A stretch of 64,000 nucleotides of DNA from Poseidonia sp. (GTDB lineage Archaea > Thermoplasmatota > Poseidoniia > Poseidoniales > Poseidoniaceae): NCBI GenBank assembly GCA_038148515.1, contig JAYQVP010000003.1, forward strand, positions 96,603-160,602, written 5' to 3'. The position numbers and the translations under genes are program-made. The notes under the pieces are model-generated. The model was not told the DNA's origin. It saw only the letters and a program-made list of their open reading frames with translations, and did not search any database. This document shows, piece by piece, positions 10,765 to 19,909 of the stretch. Position 1 is the first letter of the stretch; each line of letters opens with the position of its first letter.

Positions 10765-11151
10765 ATGCCAGCGTGTCGACACTGCGGCAGCACCTTCCCG
10801 AGGGAGTTTTTCATCCACGGCAACGGCCCATACACGCAGGTGTGCGTACGCTGCGGGGTTGAGCAGGGTCTTGTGAAGAAAGACGACGTGCCTGTCCTCT
10901 TTGAAAAAGCGACCTCGAGTGCACGCTTTTCAACCATCGCCCGACGGTACAGCGTGTTTCTGTACTTGCCCTTCTTGTGGGTCTTGTGGGCCGCCACCCT
11001 GTCGGACGTTGAGCCCTGGGGGTTGTTTTTCCTCGGTCTGCTGCTCGTGCTCACGCTGGCTGCACCGGCGATCTTCATCCTCCGTGGCGGCCGTTACTCC
11101 GGCGACATGGCACGACTCACGCCGGCCTATGACCGCCCGAAGGGCCATTGA
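10765..11151 (+). CDS. Small zinc-ribbon membrane protein
   Basis: CRHC...CVRC followed by two hydrophobic helices. GAGGA SD-like sequence upstream. Confidence 0.7.
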   Translation: MPACRHCGSTFPREFFIHGNGPYTQVCVRCGVEQGLVKKDDVPVLFEKATSSARFSTIARRYSVFLYLPFLWVLWAATLSDVEPWGLFFLGLLLVLTLAAPAIFILRGGRYSGDMARLTPAYDRPKGH

Positions 11152-11156
11152 ACCGT

Positions 11157-12446
11157 TCACGATTTGGCGTGGATCTTCAACACATCACCGTCGTTGAGTT
11201 CGTGATCTGCTCCAACCACTCTTCGCGTGCGTCCATCAACACCGCGAATGAACCCGTCACCGAGGTCGGTGTGCACGCGATACGCCAGGGATTTGGCATG
11301 CAAACCAAGGGGGACGACCAAAGCATCGGGCAATACCCGTCCCTCACCGTCCACCCAATGCGATTCGTCTTGAACTGGATAGACAACAATCCGTTCGAGT
11401 TGGTCGAACAAGACGGTGTCCAAAAGGGATGACAACCCTGTGCCGTTCATGCCGACCAAGCGTTCACGCATGTGTTCAAGGGCTTTGGTTTGGGCTTCCG
11501 ATAACGATGAGTTGGGCGCAACGGTGAACGATGTATCGCCGCTTTCGTAAGCAATGAGGCCGGCTGAAGCGGCGCGACGAAGCGCCAACTCCATGTCCGC
11601 CATGCAGGGAACGATGGGTGTATCGCGCAGAGCGTCAACGACACCGCTTGGGGCGACATCCGCTTTGTTGCCTGCGTACACGAGCGGAAAGAGGTGATGA
11701 CGCAGGCATCTACCGAGTTGGTGCATCTCTGCGCTGGTCCAGTCCCACGGCATGCTGGCGGGTGGACCTTCGGCATTGAACACCGCCATGGCTTTGTTCA
11801 CCAGCGGCATCGTAGCACCCAATCCGCTCAAGCGTTCCTGAACAAATGCGATCAAGCCCTTCTCGCCTTCAGCTTGCACCCGTCGAACGCCACGGGACCA
11901 GCCGTCTTCGAGCAGTCCGCCAATCCAAGCATCGAGTTCGGAGGCCAAAAAATCAACCTCGGCCCGAACCGCCTCGGCAGCTTTGGCGGCATCGGACGCC
12001 GGACCGAGAAATTGGCCTTCGAGGTCGGTTGAACCGGCAAGGTCCACTACCTGAATGAGAACATCACAATCCGCAAGGTCGGCCAAAAATGCGTTACCGC
12101 GCCCTCGCCCTTCGCTTGCACCCGGCACCAATCCTGCGACGTCCACCAGAGCGACGGGGACCCTTCGGACATGACCGGTGCACGACCCCGTTCGCGGCTC
12201 ACACAAACTCCCCCGTCGAGGGTCGTCCTCTGATACGGGTTCCAATCGGCCTTCGCCCTCCAATTTGCGACGAAGTTCTCCGCACGGGCATGGAAGCCTT
12301 GCCTTTACAAAGGCCACCCCAACGTTGGGGTCGATGGTGCAAAAGGGGTAGTTGGCAATGTCCACTTGAGCCATCGTGGAAGCACTGAAAAACGTCGATT
12401 TGCCAACGTTGGGTTTGCCGACCAGTCCGATGCGCACCTGCATCAC
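11157..12446 (-). CDS. ychF: Obg-family YchF ATPase/GTPase (archaeal type)
   Basis: GKPNVGKST, ANYPFCTIDPN, DVAGLVPGA..GRGRGN.FL, NKAD, C-terminal TGS domain, and Cys-rich insertion typical of archaeal YchF. Confidence 0.92.
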   Translation of the reverse strand: MMQVRIGLVGKPNVGKSTFFSASTMAQVDIANYPFCTIDPNVGVAFVKARLPCPCGELRRKLEGEGRLEPVSEDDPRRGSLCEPRTGSCTGHVRRVPVALVDVAGLVPGASEGRGRGNAFLADLADCDVLIQVVDLAGSTDLEGQFLGPASDAAKAAEAVRAEVDFLASELDAWIGGLLEDGWSRGVRRVQAEGEKGLIAFVQERLSGLGATMPLVNKAMAVFNAEGPPASMPWDWTSAEMHQLGRCLRHHLFPLVYAGNKADVAPSGVVDALRDTPIVPCMADMELALRRAASAGLIAYESGDTSFTVAPNSSLSEAQTKALEHMRERLVGMNGTGLSSLLDTVLFDQLERIVVYPVQDESHWVDGEGRVLPDALVVPLGLHAKSLAYRVHTDLGDGFIRGVDGRTRRVVGADHELNDGDVLKIHAKS

Positions 12447-12455
12447 CTGCAGGGC

Positions 12456-14441
12456 TTACTCCTCTTCGAGGACAGCGGAAATGTTGTGGTCGCGCTTGAT
12501 TTGAGCGATGGCGATGTCAAGTTCGGGCAGGTTCAATTCGCCGTCTCCGTCCAGATCCATGCTTTCCACCAGTTCAGCGGCTTCGATGGAAGACAGCGCA
12601 GAGATATCGGTTGATTCCAGCGCAGCCAAGAATTCTCGGCTGTCGATTTTGCCTGATGCGTCCAAGTCCATGGAGCGGAACAGGTCAAACACCGACTGTT
12701 GGCTGTTGACGAGGTATTGGACAAACTCGACCATGACGGTGGATGCCGTGGTGGGGAATTCGTTGATTTCATCGTTGTGAAGCGCAGCGTCAACGGCGAT
12801 GACGGTCGAGCCCCCTTCATTGGAGGCGACTTCACTGACCACCAGCGAGGTGTCGACACCAACTCCGCGGCCGATGAGTTGACGAATGGTGGTGCTTGAG
12901 CCCGGAACCAAGGTAAAGGTGGCCATATCGGAGGATTCGCTGGCAACCACAGTTCGGCCCGTGGCGGAGATACCGGTACGAATCACCACCATAGCCGAGA
13001 GGATGGCGCCGATGCCCACGAGGTAGAAGAGAGCCGAACCCGTCAGGTAGAAACCACCGTTGTTGGCCACGACATCCTCGACCTCGGAGGCTGCAACGGC
13101 GTTGGCGGTGAATTCACCCACGACGTAGGTCAAGGTAGCGGCCACACCTCCGATGACCATCAACCACGAAGCGAGGGTCCCGGTGGATGGCGTAGCCAAG
13201 GACTTGCCAATGGCCAAGGGATAGTTGGTGAAGACGCCAGCCATCATGACCAGCCCACCAACGGTGAAAAGGAACCCGATGTTGATAGCGTTGCCCATGG
13301 ACCCGAGTTCGCCGGTTCCAACAAAGGTGTCCATCGCAGTGAAATAACCGCCGACAGCGAAGAAAGGCAGAATCATGAAGGCCATTGTGCCAGCAATGGC
13401 GCCAGGTTGTTTGACCAACGAACTCAATCCTGCGCTCGCAGTCATGATGAGGTTGATGCAGCCAGCGAGGATGGGCAACACGCCCAGGGTGAGCAGAATG
13501 GCCCCGAGGTTCGTCACGAAGTTACCCGCATCGGCGGGGGTCATGAAGAAGGGCGGGACGGTGATGAACAGCAAGAGCATGCTGGCACCTCGAAGCGAAC
13601 CCGACCAAATCGGTTGCTTGGCTGCCATAGGGATGACGTGGTACCCAACACCCATCATCAAGGCAAGAGGCGCCCATCCGTAGGCAACTCGCTCTGCAAA
13701 CCACACGAGTTGGGTGGCATCAGCAAGTTCGCCGAAGAACATGTAGAGCATTGACAAAATGTACGCTGCAAGACCCATGATGAGGAACCAAACACCTGTT
13801 TGAAGTTCTTGTTCCCCGCGGCCGGCTGCCGTGATGAGGATGTTGATCAGCACAGGCACCATCAATACACCAACGGCCAGAGTTTCGAGGCTAAACAGGA
13901 GGGTCGCTGTCCCGCCCTGTTCTGTGTCGATATCGAGGAAGCCGAAGATGAACGGCAAAAGATAACTCATCACCAATGCAGCGGACAGCAACACGGCCAC
14001 CATCGAAGCGTTCGCTTCGCTTGCCAGTCGACCGTTGCCGTTGCGGGCAGTCGCCACCATGCCGCTGCCAACCATTCCGTAGATCAGGGCTACGGACAAA
14101 AAGCGGAGGGTGGCGTCTTGAAGGGAAGAACCGTCATCGTAGGACCAACCCACGCTGGCCAGAGAATCAAGGGCGTGAGGGTCGTACTGGTGCCAGCCCC
14201 ACAAGAAGCCAAGCACCGTTGCGAAGACAAACCACAAAACGCCATAATTCATCCACGTTCGGGCACCGCTTCCATCCTTGTCGTCGAAGACATCCACCAG
14301 GCCGGGAGGATTCTTGCGCAGCAAGAAAAGGCCGATTTGTTGGAGCGCACCTCCCACGCTCCCGGTCCCTTTGGCCAAGGATTGAGAAAGCGCAAACAAG
14401 ACAGCAATGGTCAGGCCGCCAACGATGAACACAGTTTCCAT
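12456..14441 (-). CDS. Multi-pass membrane protein with degenerate cbb3/CcoN (heme-copper oxidase subunit I)-like fold lacking His ligands, plus C-terminal EF-hand pair
   Basis: About 13 hydrophobic helices. By-eye colinearity with CcoN (e.g. GYHVIPMAAKQPIWS vs MYYFVPKQAERPVYS). EF-hands DLDASGKIDSRE and DLDGDGELNLPE. Strong SD GGAGGTG. Confidence 0.7.
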   Translation of the reverse strand: METVFIVGGLTIAVLFALSQSLAKGTGSVGGALQQIGLFLLRKNPPGLVDVFDDKDGSGARTWMNYGVLWFVFATVLGFLWGWHQYDPHALDSLASVGWSYDDGSSLQDATLRFLSVALIYGMVGSGMVATARNGNGRLASEANASMVAVLLSAALVMSYLLPFIFGFLDIDTEQGGTATLLFSLETLAVGVLMVPVLINILITAAGRGEQELQTGVWFLIMGLAAYILSMLYMFFGELADATQLVWFAERVAYGWAPLALMMGVGYHVIPMAAKQPIWSGSLRGASMLLLFITVPPFFMTPADAGNFVTNLGAILLTLGVLPILAGCINLIMTASAGLSSLVKQPGAIAGTMAFMILPFFAVGGYFTAMDTFVGTGELGSMGNAINIGFLFTVGGLVMMAGVFTNYPLAIGKSLATPSTGTLASWLMVIGGVAATLTYVVGEFTANAVAASEVEDVVANNGGFYLTGSALFYLVGIGAILSAMVVIRTGISATGRTVVASESSDMATFTLVPGSSTTIRQLIGRGVGVDTSLVVSEVASNEGGSTVIAVDAALHNDEINEFPTTASTVMVEFVQYLVNSQQSVFDLFRSMDLDASGKIDSREFLAALESTDISALSSIEAAELVESMDLDGDGELNLPELDIAIAQIKRDHNISAVLEEE

Positions 14442-14455
14442 ACATCACACCTCCT

Positions 14456-14728
14456 TCATTCGGCGAGGACCTCGCCCACCAATGTTGCCACGATAGCACC
14501 CAAGCCGACCAAGAAGCCGATCAAGTAGTACCAAATGCCGCTGCCCCCGAGGTTTTGCACCAGCGGAACCAGCTCGCCAAGAAGTGGCAAACTGTCCCAA
14601 CCAAAGATGTTTGAAAACAGAGAGTACATGCCCAAGAGGCCTACAAAGGCCAAGGTGAGGACGATTCGGCTACCCGTTGGTTCAGCGGTTCCAACGGTGG
14701 TATCGGGTAAGGCTCGAGTGTTTGTCAT
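14456..14728 (-). CDS. Small 2-TM membrane protein, first gene of the operon with the CcoN-like/EF-hand protein
   Basis: 90 aa with two hydrophobic segments. SD GAGGTG upstream and 14 nt gap to the next gene. Confidence 0.75.
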   Translation of the reverse strand: MTNTRALPDTTVGTAEPTGSRIVLTLAFVGLLGMYSLFSNIFGWDSLPLLGELVPLVQNLGGSGIWYYLIGFLVGLGAIVATLVGEVLAE

Positions 14729-14834
14729 TCAGGCACCTCAGGTGAACCAAAGTGGGTCATCCCTGCGACTTGACGGGCGGTGATAAACATTGACCACCCA
14801 TCATGACGAAAAAACACGGCCTGCAAGGCATCCT

Positions 14835-16001
14835 TCACGGTGAGCGAAGGCGTTCGAGCAGGGCTCCTCGGCGAGGCTTTGAAACTCCAAGCGGGACGGG
14901 AAGCGACCGTTCGAGGTGAACTTCCGCACGCCATTGTGCTTCACAAGCACAGGACAGCCCTTCAAATTCCAATAAACTGCCCGATACAGCATACCGCTCA
15001 ATGGCCGCCGCCACCTCACCGTCGCACGCCCCGCAATTATGGGAGCCTCGGATTTTTCCGCTCGCCGTGGGGTGCACGATCAGCCGGGAAATTTGGTCAC
15101 CATCACCGTTCATGCCGCCCTTGGGATGAACGTGCACGTGCGCCTGACGGATCATCTCCACCAACGACCACAGCCATGGTGGACGGTACTCGTTGTGGCG
15201 ATGCAAGCGGTCGATGACGGTTCCCCGTTGAATGTTCATGGGATTGACGGAAATCTCGTCAGAGCGCCCAGCCACCGCCTCAATCCAGCGAACAGCATGG
15301 TCCAATGCGTCGGCTTCGTTCATGAACGGGGGTTTGAACATCAGGTAGGTTTTGACCCGGAGGTTGAAGGCTTCGAGATTGGTCACAGCACGGTCCCACG
15401 AGGCGGTTGAGAAGCCCTTGTTGACATGGAAGCGAAGCACCTCGTCGTCGTAGGCCTCCAAACCGATGGCGACGGTGAAGGAGGGGTTGATGGAAGTGGC
15501 CCAAGCCAGCTTCTCCTCCGTCAGTTGTTCACAGCGGCTCTCAACGACCAGCTCTTTGCCCATGCTGGCACAGTCCTGAAGCACGGTGGCTTGGAATTCG
15601 ACAGGAATTTCGCGGTCTTCCAAGAGGCTGCCGGAGGTGTACACCTTGACCATCTGTTGGTCTGCGAAACCGTCAAACTTGTCTTTGGCTGCTTGCCACT
15701 GAGCGTGCAAATCTTCGTTGGTCACGTCGTCACGTGTGTCATTGAAGTAACCGCAAAACGTGCAACCTGACGACCACCACCAGTGGCATCCCTTGGTGCG
15801 CAAAATTACGGTCACCGCCGTGCAAGGTGTGCCGTCGGACAGGACTTCAGGCGTCGTGTACACGGTCGCCGGTTCACCGGCATCCCAGGATTGTTGCTTG
15901 GCCTTTGCCCACGGTGTGTTCGCCGGTGCCTTGACCAAATCGTGAATGCGAAGGCCTCGTTCACCTTGGCCGAGCAAACGGGAGGAGGTGGGGTTCGTCA
16001 T
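14835..16001 (-). CDS. Archaeosine biosynthesis radical SAM protein RaSEA (TIGR01210-like)
   Basis: ILRTKGCHWWWSSGCTFCGY, VYTSGS.L, VESR, IGLE, YLMFKPPF, YRPPWLWS, GSHNCGACD. Confidence 0.85.
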   Translation of the reverse strand: MTNPTSSRLLGQGERGLRIHDLVKAPANTPWAKAKQQSWDAGEPATVYTTPEVLSDGTPCTAVTVILRTKGCHWWWSSGCTFCGYFNDTRDDVTNEDLHAQWQAAKDKFDGFADQQMVKVYTSGSLLEDREIPVEFQATVLQDCASMGKELVVESRCEQLTEEKLAWATSINPSFTVAIGLEAYDDEVLRFHVNKGFSTASWDRAVTNLEAFNLRVKTYLMFKPPFMNEADALDHAVRWIEAVAGRSDEISVNPMNIQRGTVIDRLHRHNEYRPPWLWSLVEMIRQAHVHVHPKGGMNGDGDQISRLIVHPTASGKIRGSHNCGACDGEVAAAIERYAVSGSLLEFEGLSCACEAQWRAEVHLERSLPVPLGVSKPRRGALLERLRSP

Positions 16002-16047
16002 GAGGCAACCTGTCTTGCCGTGGGCGTGATGTGTTTCAAACCACCGC

Positions 16048-17109
16048 TCACGGCGAGGAAAGACTGGTTTCAAAGAAACCTACGAGTTTGGTACGATAGG
16101 TTTCGGGCTGTGTGAGCATCAAGGTCACGTGAGACAACACCCCGGGTTCCTCGCTGTCGTTGTGCGCCACGGAAGATGGGGCAAACCAGCATTCGACCGT
16201 TCCCGCTTCGGCGACATGCTCCTTCGCGGTGTCGCAAAGCGATTGGCTGTGATGGAGTTTGATGCGATAGTCTTCTTCGGATTGCGTGATGAACATCGAC
16301 CGGTTTCCGATGTGAACGGCAGCGTCCAAGGGTTCGTATTTCACCAAATCGTCCCCGCTTGACACCTTACCGGCGAACACAGCAGCGTCCTTGAGAAAGG
16401 CAGGGAATCCACCGAAGGCCAACTCCTCCTTGATGATCCAATCCATTGAAGCAAAAGAGGACTCCAAGAAGACGGCCTGAATGTCCCGTTGTTGGTCAAA
16501 GGCAATGGCGGCGGTTCCTGCACCGAGGGAGACCCCGTACACGCCGATGGAGGAGGCAGTGGCCCCTTTCTCATCCTGTAACCATTTCCAGACCGCCACC
16601 ACATCACGCCATTCTCGTTGTCCTGCCGATACCAAGCCGTCCTCCACGGTGCTGTTGCCGTGGTCGCGCATGTCGAACAATACGACATTGAAATCCGATT
16701 GATGCAACCAAGCAGCCGGTATCAACACCTCATGATTCGCTTTGCACGAGCGGATACCGTGAACCAAAATGACCCACGGGCGGGAGGCGTTGGATTCCAT
16801 AACCCATGCAGCCAGAACGATGTCTTCATCGGGGACATCAATGGTGGCGTTGTCCCATGCATCGAACCACAATTCGGAAAGATCACTCGCCAATGTTTCG
16901 TCCTTCTGCACCATCCCCGTTTCGATTTGTTCGTTCCACAACGACACCGAGAATTCGTCTGGAGTGTTTCGTTCAGAATGCCCCGAGCATTCCAGATTGG
17001 TTGCAGCGGCCTGGGTGTATACGAGGTTGCCCAGCTGGTAATACACCATCGGGCTGCTCACCAACAACAGGACCATGATCGCTGGCAGGGTTCGTTTCAT
17101 GACGTTCAT
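16048..17109 (-). CDS. Membrane-anchored/secreted alpha/beta hydrolase
   Basis: N-terminal hydrophobic helix, LVHG, FDMRDHG.S, nucleophile G-V-S-L-G, and downstream Asp and His. Confidence 0.85.
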   Translation of the reverse strand: MNVMKRTLPAIMVLLLVSSPMVYYQLGNLVYTQAAATNLECSGHSERNTPDEFSVSLWNEQIETGMVQKDETLASDLSELWFDAWDNATIDVPDEDIVLAAWVMESNASRPWVILVHGIRSCKANHEVLIPAAWLHQSDFNVVLFDMRDHGNSTVEDGLVSAGQREWRDVVAVWKWLQDEKGATASSIGVYGVSLGAGTAAIAFDQQRDIQAVFLESSFASMDWIIKEELAFGGFPAFLKDAAVFAGKVSSGDDLVKYEPLDAAVHIGNRSMFITQSEEDYRIKLHHSQSLCDTAKEHVAEAGTVECWFAPSSVAHNDSEEPGVLSHVTLMLTQPETYRTKLVGFFETSLSSP

Positions 17110-17969
17110 TCCTCCTCATTTCGGGTCCTGTGCCGAAACACCACCGTACGTCCGGCGACGACGGCCTCGCCTCTGGGCAACGAAGGCACCTTGTCTTCGG
17201 CTGAGACCACACAGGGTGAATAGATGTCGGCGGGAACGCGCACATCGACGCGGGAACCGAGACGAATCATCCCAAACCGCTGCCCTCTTCTCAAGGCGTC
17301 ACCCTCGCCAATATAGGGCAGGATGGTTCTGGCCAACGCCCCGGATATTTGGGTGACTTCAACGCGGACGCCGTCCTCTAAACGAAACACGGAACGAACC
17401 CGCTCGTTGAACTCGCTCTCCTTTCGGTACGCCTTCACAAATGGCCCGCGTCGCCGGCCTTTGCCGATTCTCAATTCCATTCGCTCAACAACCCCCGCTT
17501 CAGGTGCCCGGTTGACATGGACATCGAGGGGGGACATGAAAATCGCAAGGCGCCATACATCGTTTTCACGCTCCTCGCCCTTATTCACCGCCTCAAAACG
17601 TTGCTCAGTAGCGAACCCTAACACATCGTCAAGCGGTTCAGGCCACCAATCCCCGGTGTGCTGGTCGCTCTCGATGGTCGCGCTGGTGCGTTCGCTGGTC
17701 GATGGACGACGCCCCGTAGCGCGCTCCCGACGTACAAACATCACGTGGCCGTCTGCAGGAGAAATCAAGATGCCTGATTCACGGGGCACTGGTCGGTCTG
17801 GGTCTCGCCAAAAATACCCAACGAAAACCGACGCCATGAGGCACAACATGCCCAAGAGAGGAAGCAAGCCGGCCAGCGGGTCGATGATGGCGCCGATGAT
17901 GAGGGTGCTTCCACCCATTGCGAACAAGGTCAGAACCGGTCCCCAACCGCCGGGGGCCAAACCCGCCAT
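17106..17969 (-). CDS. psd: Phosphatidylserine/archaetidylserine decarboxylase proenzyme
   Basis: YFWRDPDR, SPADG, IFMSPLDVHVNRAP, NER, QISGALAR.I, FGMIRLGSRVD (autocleavage LGS). Confidence 0.9.
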   Translation of the reverse strand: MAGLAPGGWGPVLTLFAMGGSTLIIGAIIDPLAGLLPLLGMLCLMASVFVGYFWRDPDRPVPRESGILISPADGHVMFVRRERATGRRPSTSERTSATIESDQHTGDWWPEPLDDVLGFATEQRFEAVNKGEERENDVWRLAIFMSPLDVHVNRAPEAGVVERMELRIGKGRRRGPFVKAYRKESEFNERVRSVFRLEDGVRVEVTQISGALARTILPYIGEGDALRRGQRFGMIRLGSRVDVRVPADIYSPCVVSAEDKVPSLPRGEAVVAGRTVVFRHRTRNEEE

Positions 17970-17977
17970 GCAGCCAC

Positions 17978-18766
17978 CTACTCCGAGGCCCAGGGGTCTT
18001 CACCGTCGCCCCACTCAGCCGGAGCAGGTGCTTCTTCAGCCTCTGCGACTTCGGGCGCTGGTTCCGCGGGCGCCGCTTCCTCGGGTTGGGGCACATCGGG
18101 CACGTCCTCAACAGAAGACGACTCAGTGGCTTCAACCACTTCAACTGCCGCAGTTTCGGAGGCGGCTCGGGCTGCTTCAGCCTCTTGCTCCGCTTGTTCT
18201 TCTGAGCGAGCCTGCACCATTTCTTCCATGCGTTCTTCGAACACACGGGACATGTGCTGCGACTTGCGTTCGGCTTCCACCGCCCGCTCAATCATGTCGT
18301 AACGCTCCTTGATGGCCTTGTTAAGGTCTTCAAAAATTTGCATGTGAGCGACGTACCAGTCGTCACGAGCCTTCATCTCAGTCACGGCCAAGCGGAGATC
18401 GTTGTCCAATTCCTCAGCGATGCCGAAGACCTTGCCCAACCGGTCTTTTTCCCGAGAATATTTCTCTTCCATCTTCTCAAGTTCGGGTTCGAGATGCTCA
18501 ACTCGCTTGGAAGATTTGGTGGCCTTCATCTCAAGTTCTCTTGCTCGAACATCTTTTTCGGAAATGATGGATTCGAGCGACTCTTTTTCGATCTCTCGGT
18601 CGATGATTTCTTTTTCGAGAACCTCAATTTCTGCTTTGGCGTCAACGAGTTCCTTTTCCTGTGCCTCATAGGCCGCGAAAAGTTTCTGCAGGCGATCGGT
18701 TTCGGTGGCGAGAGCTTCCTCAAGTTCTTTGATTCGGACCTCTGGCGTGATGGTTCCTTCCGTCAT
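17978..18766 (-). CDS. Long coiled-coil protein with acidic disordered tail
   Basis: About 190 aa of E/K-rich heptad helix, then an acidic Pro/Ala tail ending EWGDGEDPWASE. Alternative start GTG 18793. Confidence 0.8.
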   Translation of the reverse strand: MTEGTITPEVRIKELEEALATETDRLQKLFAAYEAQEKELVDAKAEIEVLEKEIIDREIEKESLESIISEKDVRARELEMKATKSSKRVEHLEPELEKMEEKYSREKDRLGKVFGIAEELDNDLRLAVTEMKARDDWYVAHMQIFEDLNKAIKERYDMIERAVEAERKSQHMSRVFEERMEEMVQARSEEQAEQEAEAARAASETAAVEVVEATESSSVEDVPDVPQPEEAAPAEPAPEVAEAEEAPAPAEWGDGEDPWASE

Positions 18767-18867
18767 CTTCTCACCCGGAGGGCAAGCCTCCACACAAGGC
18801 GAGTCTTCTCCTCCCTATCAAGCCGACGCTCCAAAGCGCCGCACAAAGCGTCCTTGCCGAGCAGGCA

Positions 18868-19833
18868 TCAAGGTCGAAGCGCATCGGTGGCAGCCACCAA
18901 TTCGCGAGCGATGCTAACCTCGCCCATCGAATGACCCGCATCAGGCACCATGACCAAACGGCTGGAAGGCATGGCTTGGTGCAGTTCCCAAGCACTTTTT
19001 GCGGGACAGACAACATCGTAACGCCCCTGAACGATGACCGTTGGAAGGGCATGAAGGGCCTGCACACGATTCAGGATGTAGGCCTCCTCGAGGAAAATCG
19101 CGTTGATGAAGTAATGGCACTCGATGCGGGCAAAGGCAACTGCGAAATCCAAATCTTCAGCTTTTTCGAGGTACGTCGGGTCGGGAAAGAGGCGACTGGT
19201 CGCCATTTCCCAACGCGTCCATTCCTTTGCAGCAGCCCGGCGCACGCCAGCATCATGACTGGTCAAACGGCTGTAATAGGCGGTGATGAGGTCGTGTTGT
19301 TCGTCCAGAGGAATATGGTCCCGATACGGCTCGAACGCATCGGGAAAGATATGACTCGCACCGTCTTGATAGAACCATTGCAACTCGGACCGGCGGCACA
19401 TGAAAATTCCACGCAGAACCAAACTCAACACGCGGTCGGTGTGGTGGAGAGCGTACACCAAGGAAAGGGTGGAGCCCCAAGAGCCCCCGAAAACGTGCCA
19501 CCTGTCGATGCCCAAGTGGATGCGTAGGGCCTCAATATCTCCGACCAATGCTTGGGTCGTGTTGTCTTCAAGTTCAGCGTGAGGCGTGGACTGGCCACAA
19601 CCGCGCTGGTCGAACTGGACAATGTGAAAGGCCTGAGGATCGAAGTACTGGCGATACGAAGGTTGGGCGCCCCCACCCGGTCCGCCGTGAATCACAACCA
19701 CGGGAACGCCTTCTGGATTGCCGCTGCACTCCCAAGCGATGGTGTGCAGGGGAGAGACCTCGAGTCGCCCTGAGGAGAAGGGTTCCACGGTCGGGTAAAG
19801 CACGTCGGCCAAGGTGGTTGATGTGTCGAGCAT
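18868..19833 (-). CDS. pip: Prolyl aminopeptidase (proline iminopeptidase, S33)
   Basis: HGGPGGG, FDQRGCGQSTP, FGGSWGSTL, LRGIF, ARIECHY, QGRYDVVCP, AGHS. Confidence 0.93.
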   Translation of the reverse strand: MLDTSTTLADVLYPTVEPFSSGRLEVSPLHTIAWECSGNPEGVPVVVIHGGPGGGAQPSYRQYFDPQAFHIVQFDQRGCGQSTPHAELEDNTTQALVGDIEALRIHLGIDRWHVFGGSWGSTLSLVYALHHTDRVLSLVLRGIFMCRRSELQWFYQDGASHIFPDAFEPYRDHIPLDEQHDLITAYYSRLTSHDAGVRRAAAKEWTRWEMATSRLFPDPTYLEKAEDLDFAVAFARIECHYFINAIFLEEAYILNRVQALHALPTVIVQGRYDVVCPAKSAWELHQAMPSSRLVMVPDAGHSMGEVSIARELVAATDALRP

Positions 19834-19909
19834 GGTTCGCCCAAGCCATCGGTTGTGATGTTCCTTTCGCATGCACACCTTCATGGATGGCCGAGGCGGG
19901 GAGGTTACC

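Noticed and set aside
10988-11000. 13-nt match (GGGCCGCCACCCT) to the tRNA-Arg 3' end as a possible att site
   Set aside because: It is short, lies inside a CDS, has no integrase nearby, and the intervening DNA contains core genes (mcm, gatE, purM).
12170-12300. Cys-rich insertion in YchF
   Set aside because: This is a common feature of archaeal YchF proteins rather than a novelty.
12456-14441. Functional cbb3-type cytochrome c oxidase or nitric oxide reductase
   Set aside because: No heme/Cu-ligand histidines at the expected positions, and no cytochrome c (CxxCH) subunit genes nearby.
17323-18934. Long antisense ORFs (329 aa and 226 aa), and similar shadow ORFs throughout the window
   Set aside because: They lie opposite well-supported genes and lack motifs. 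Such ORFs are expected from codon bias in GC-rich DNA.
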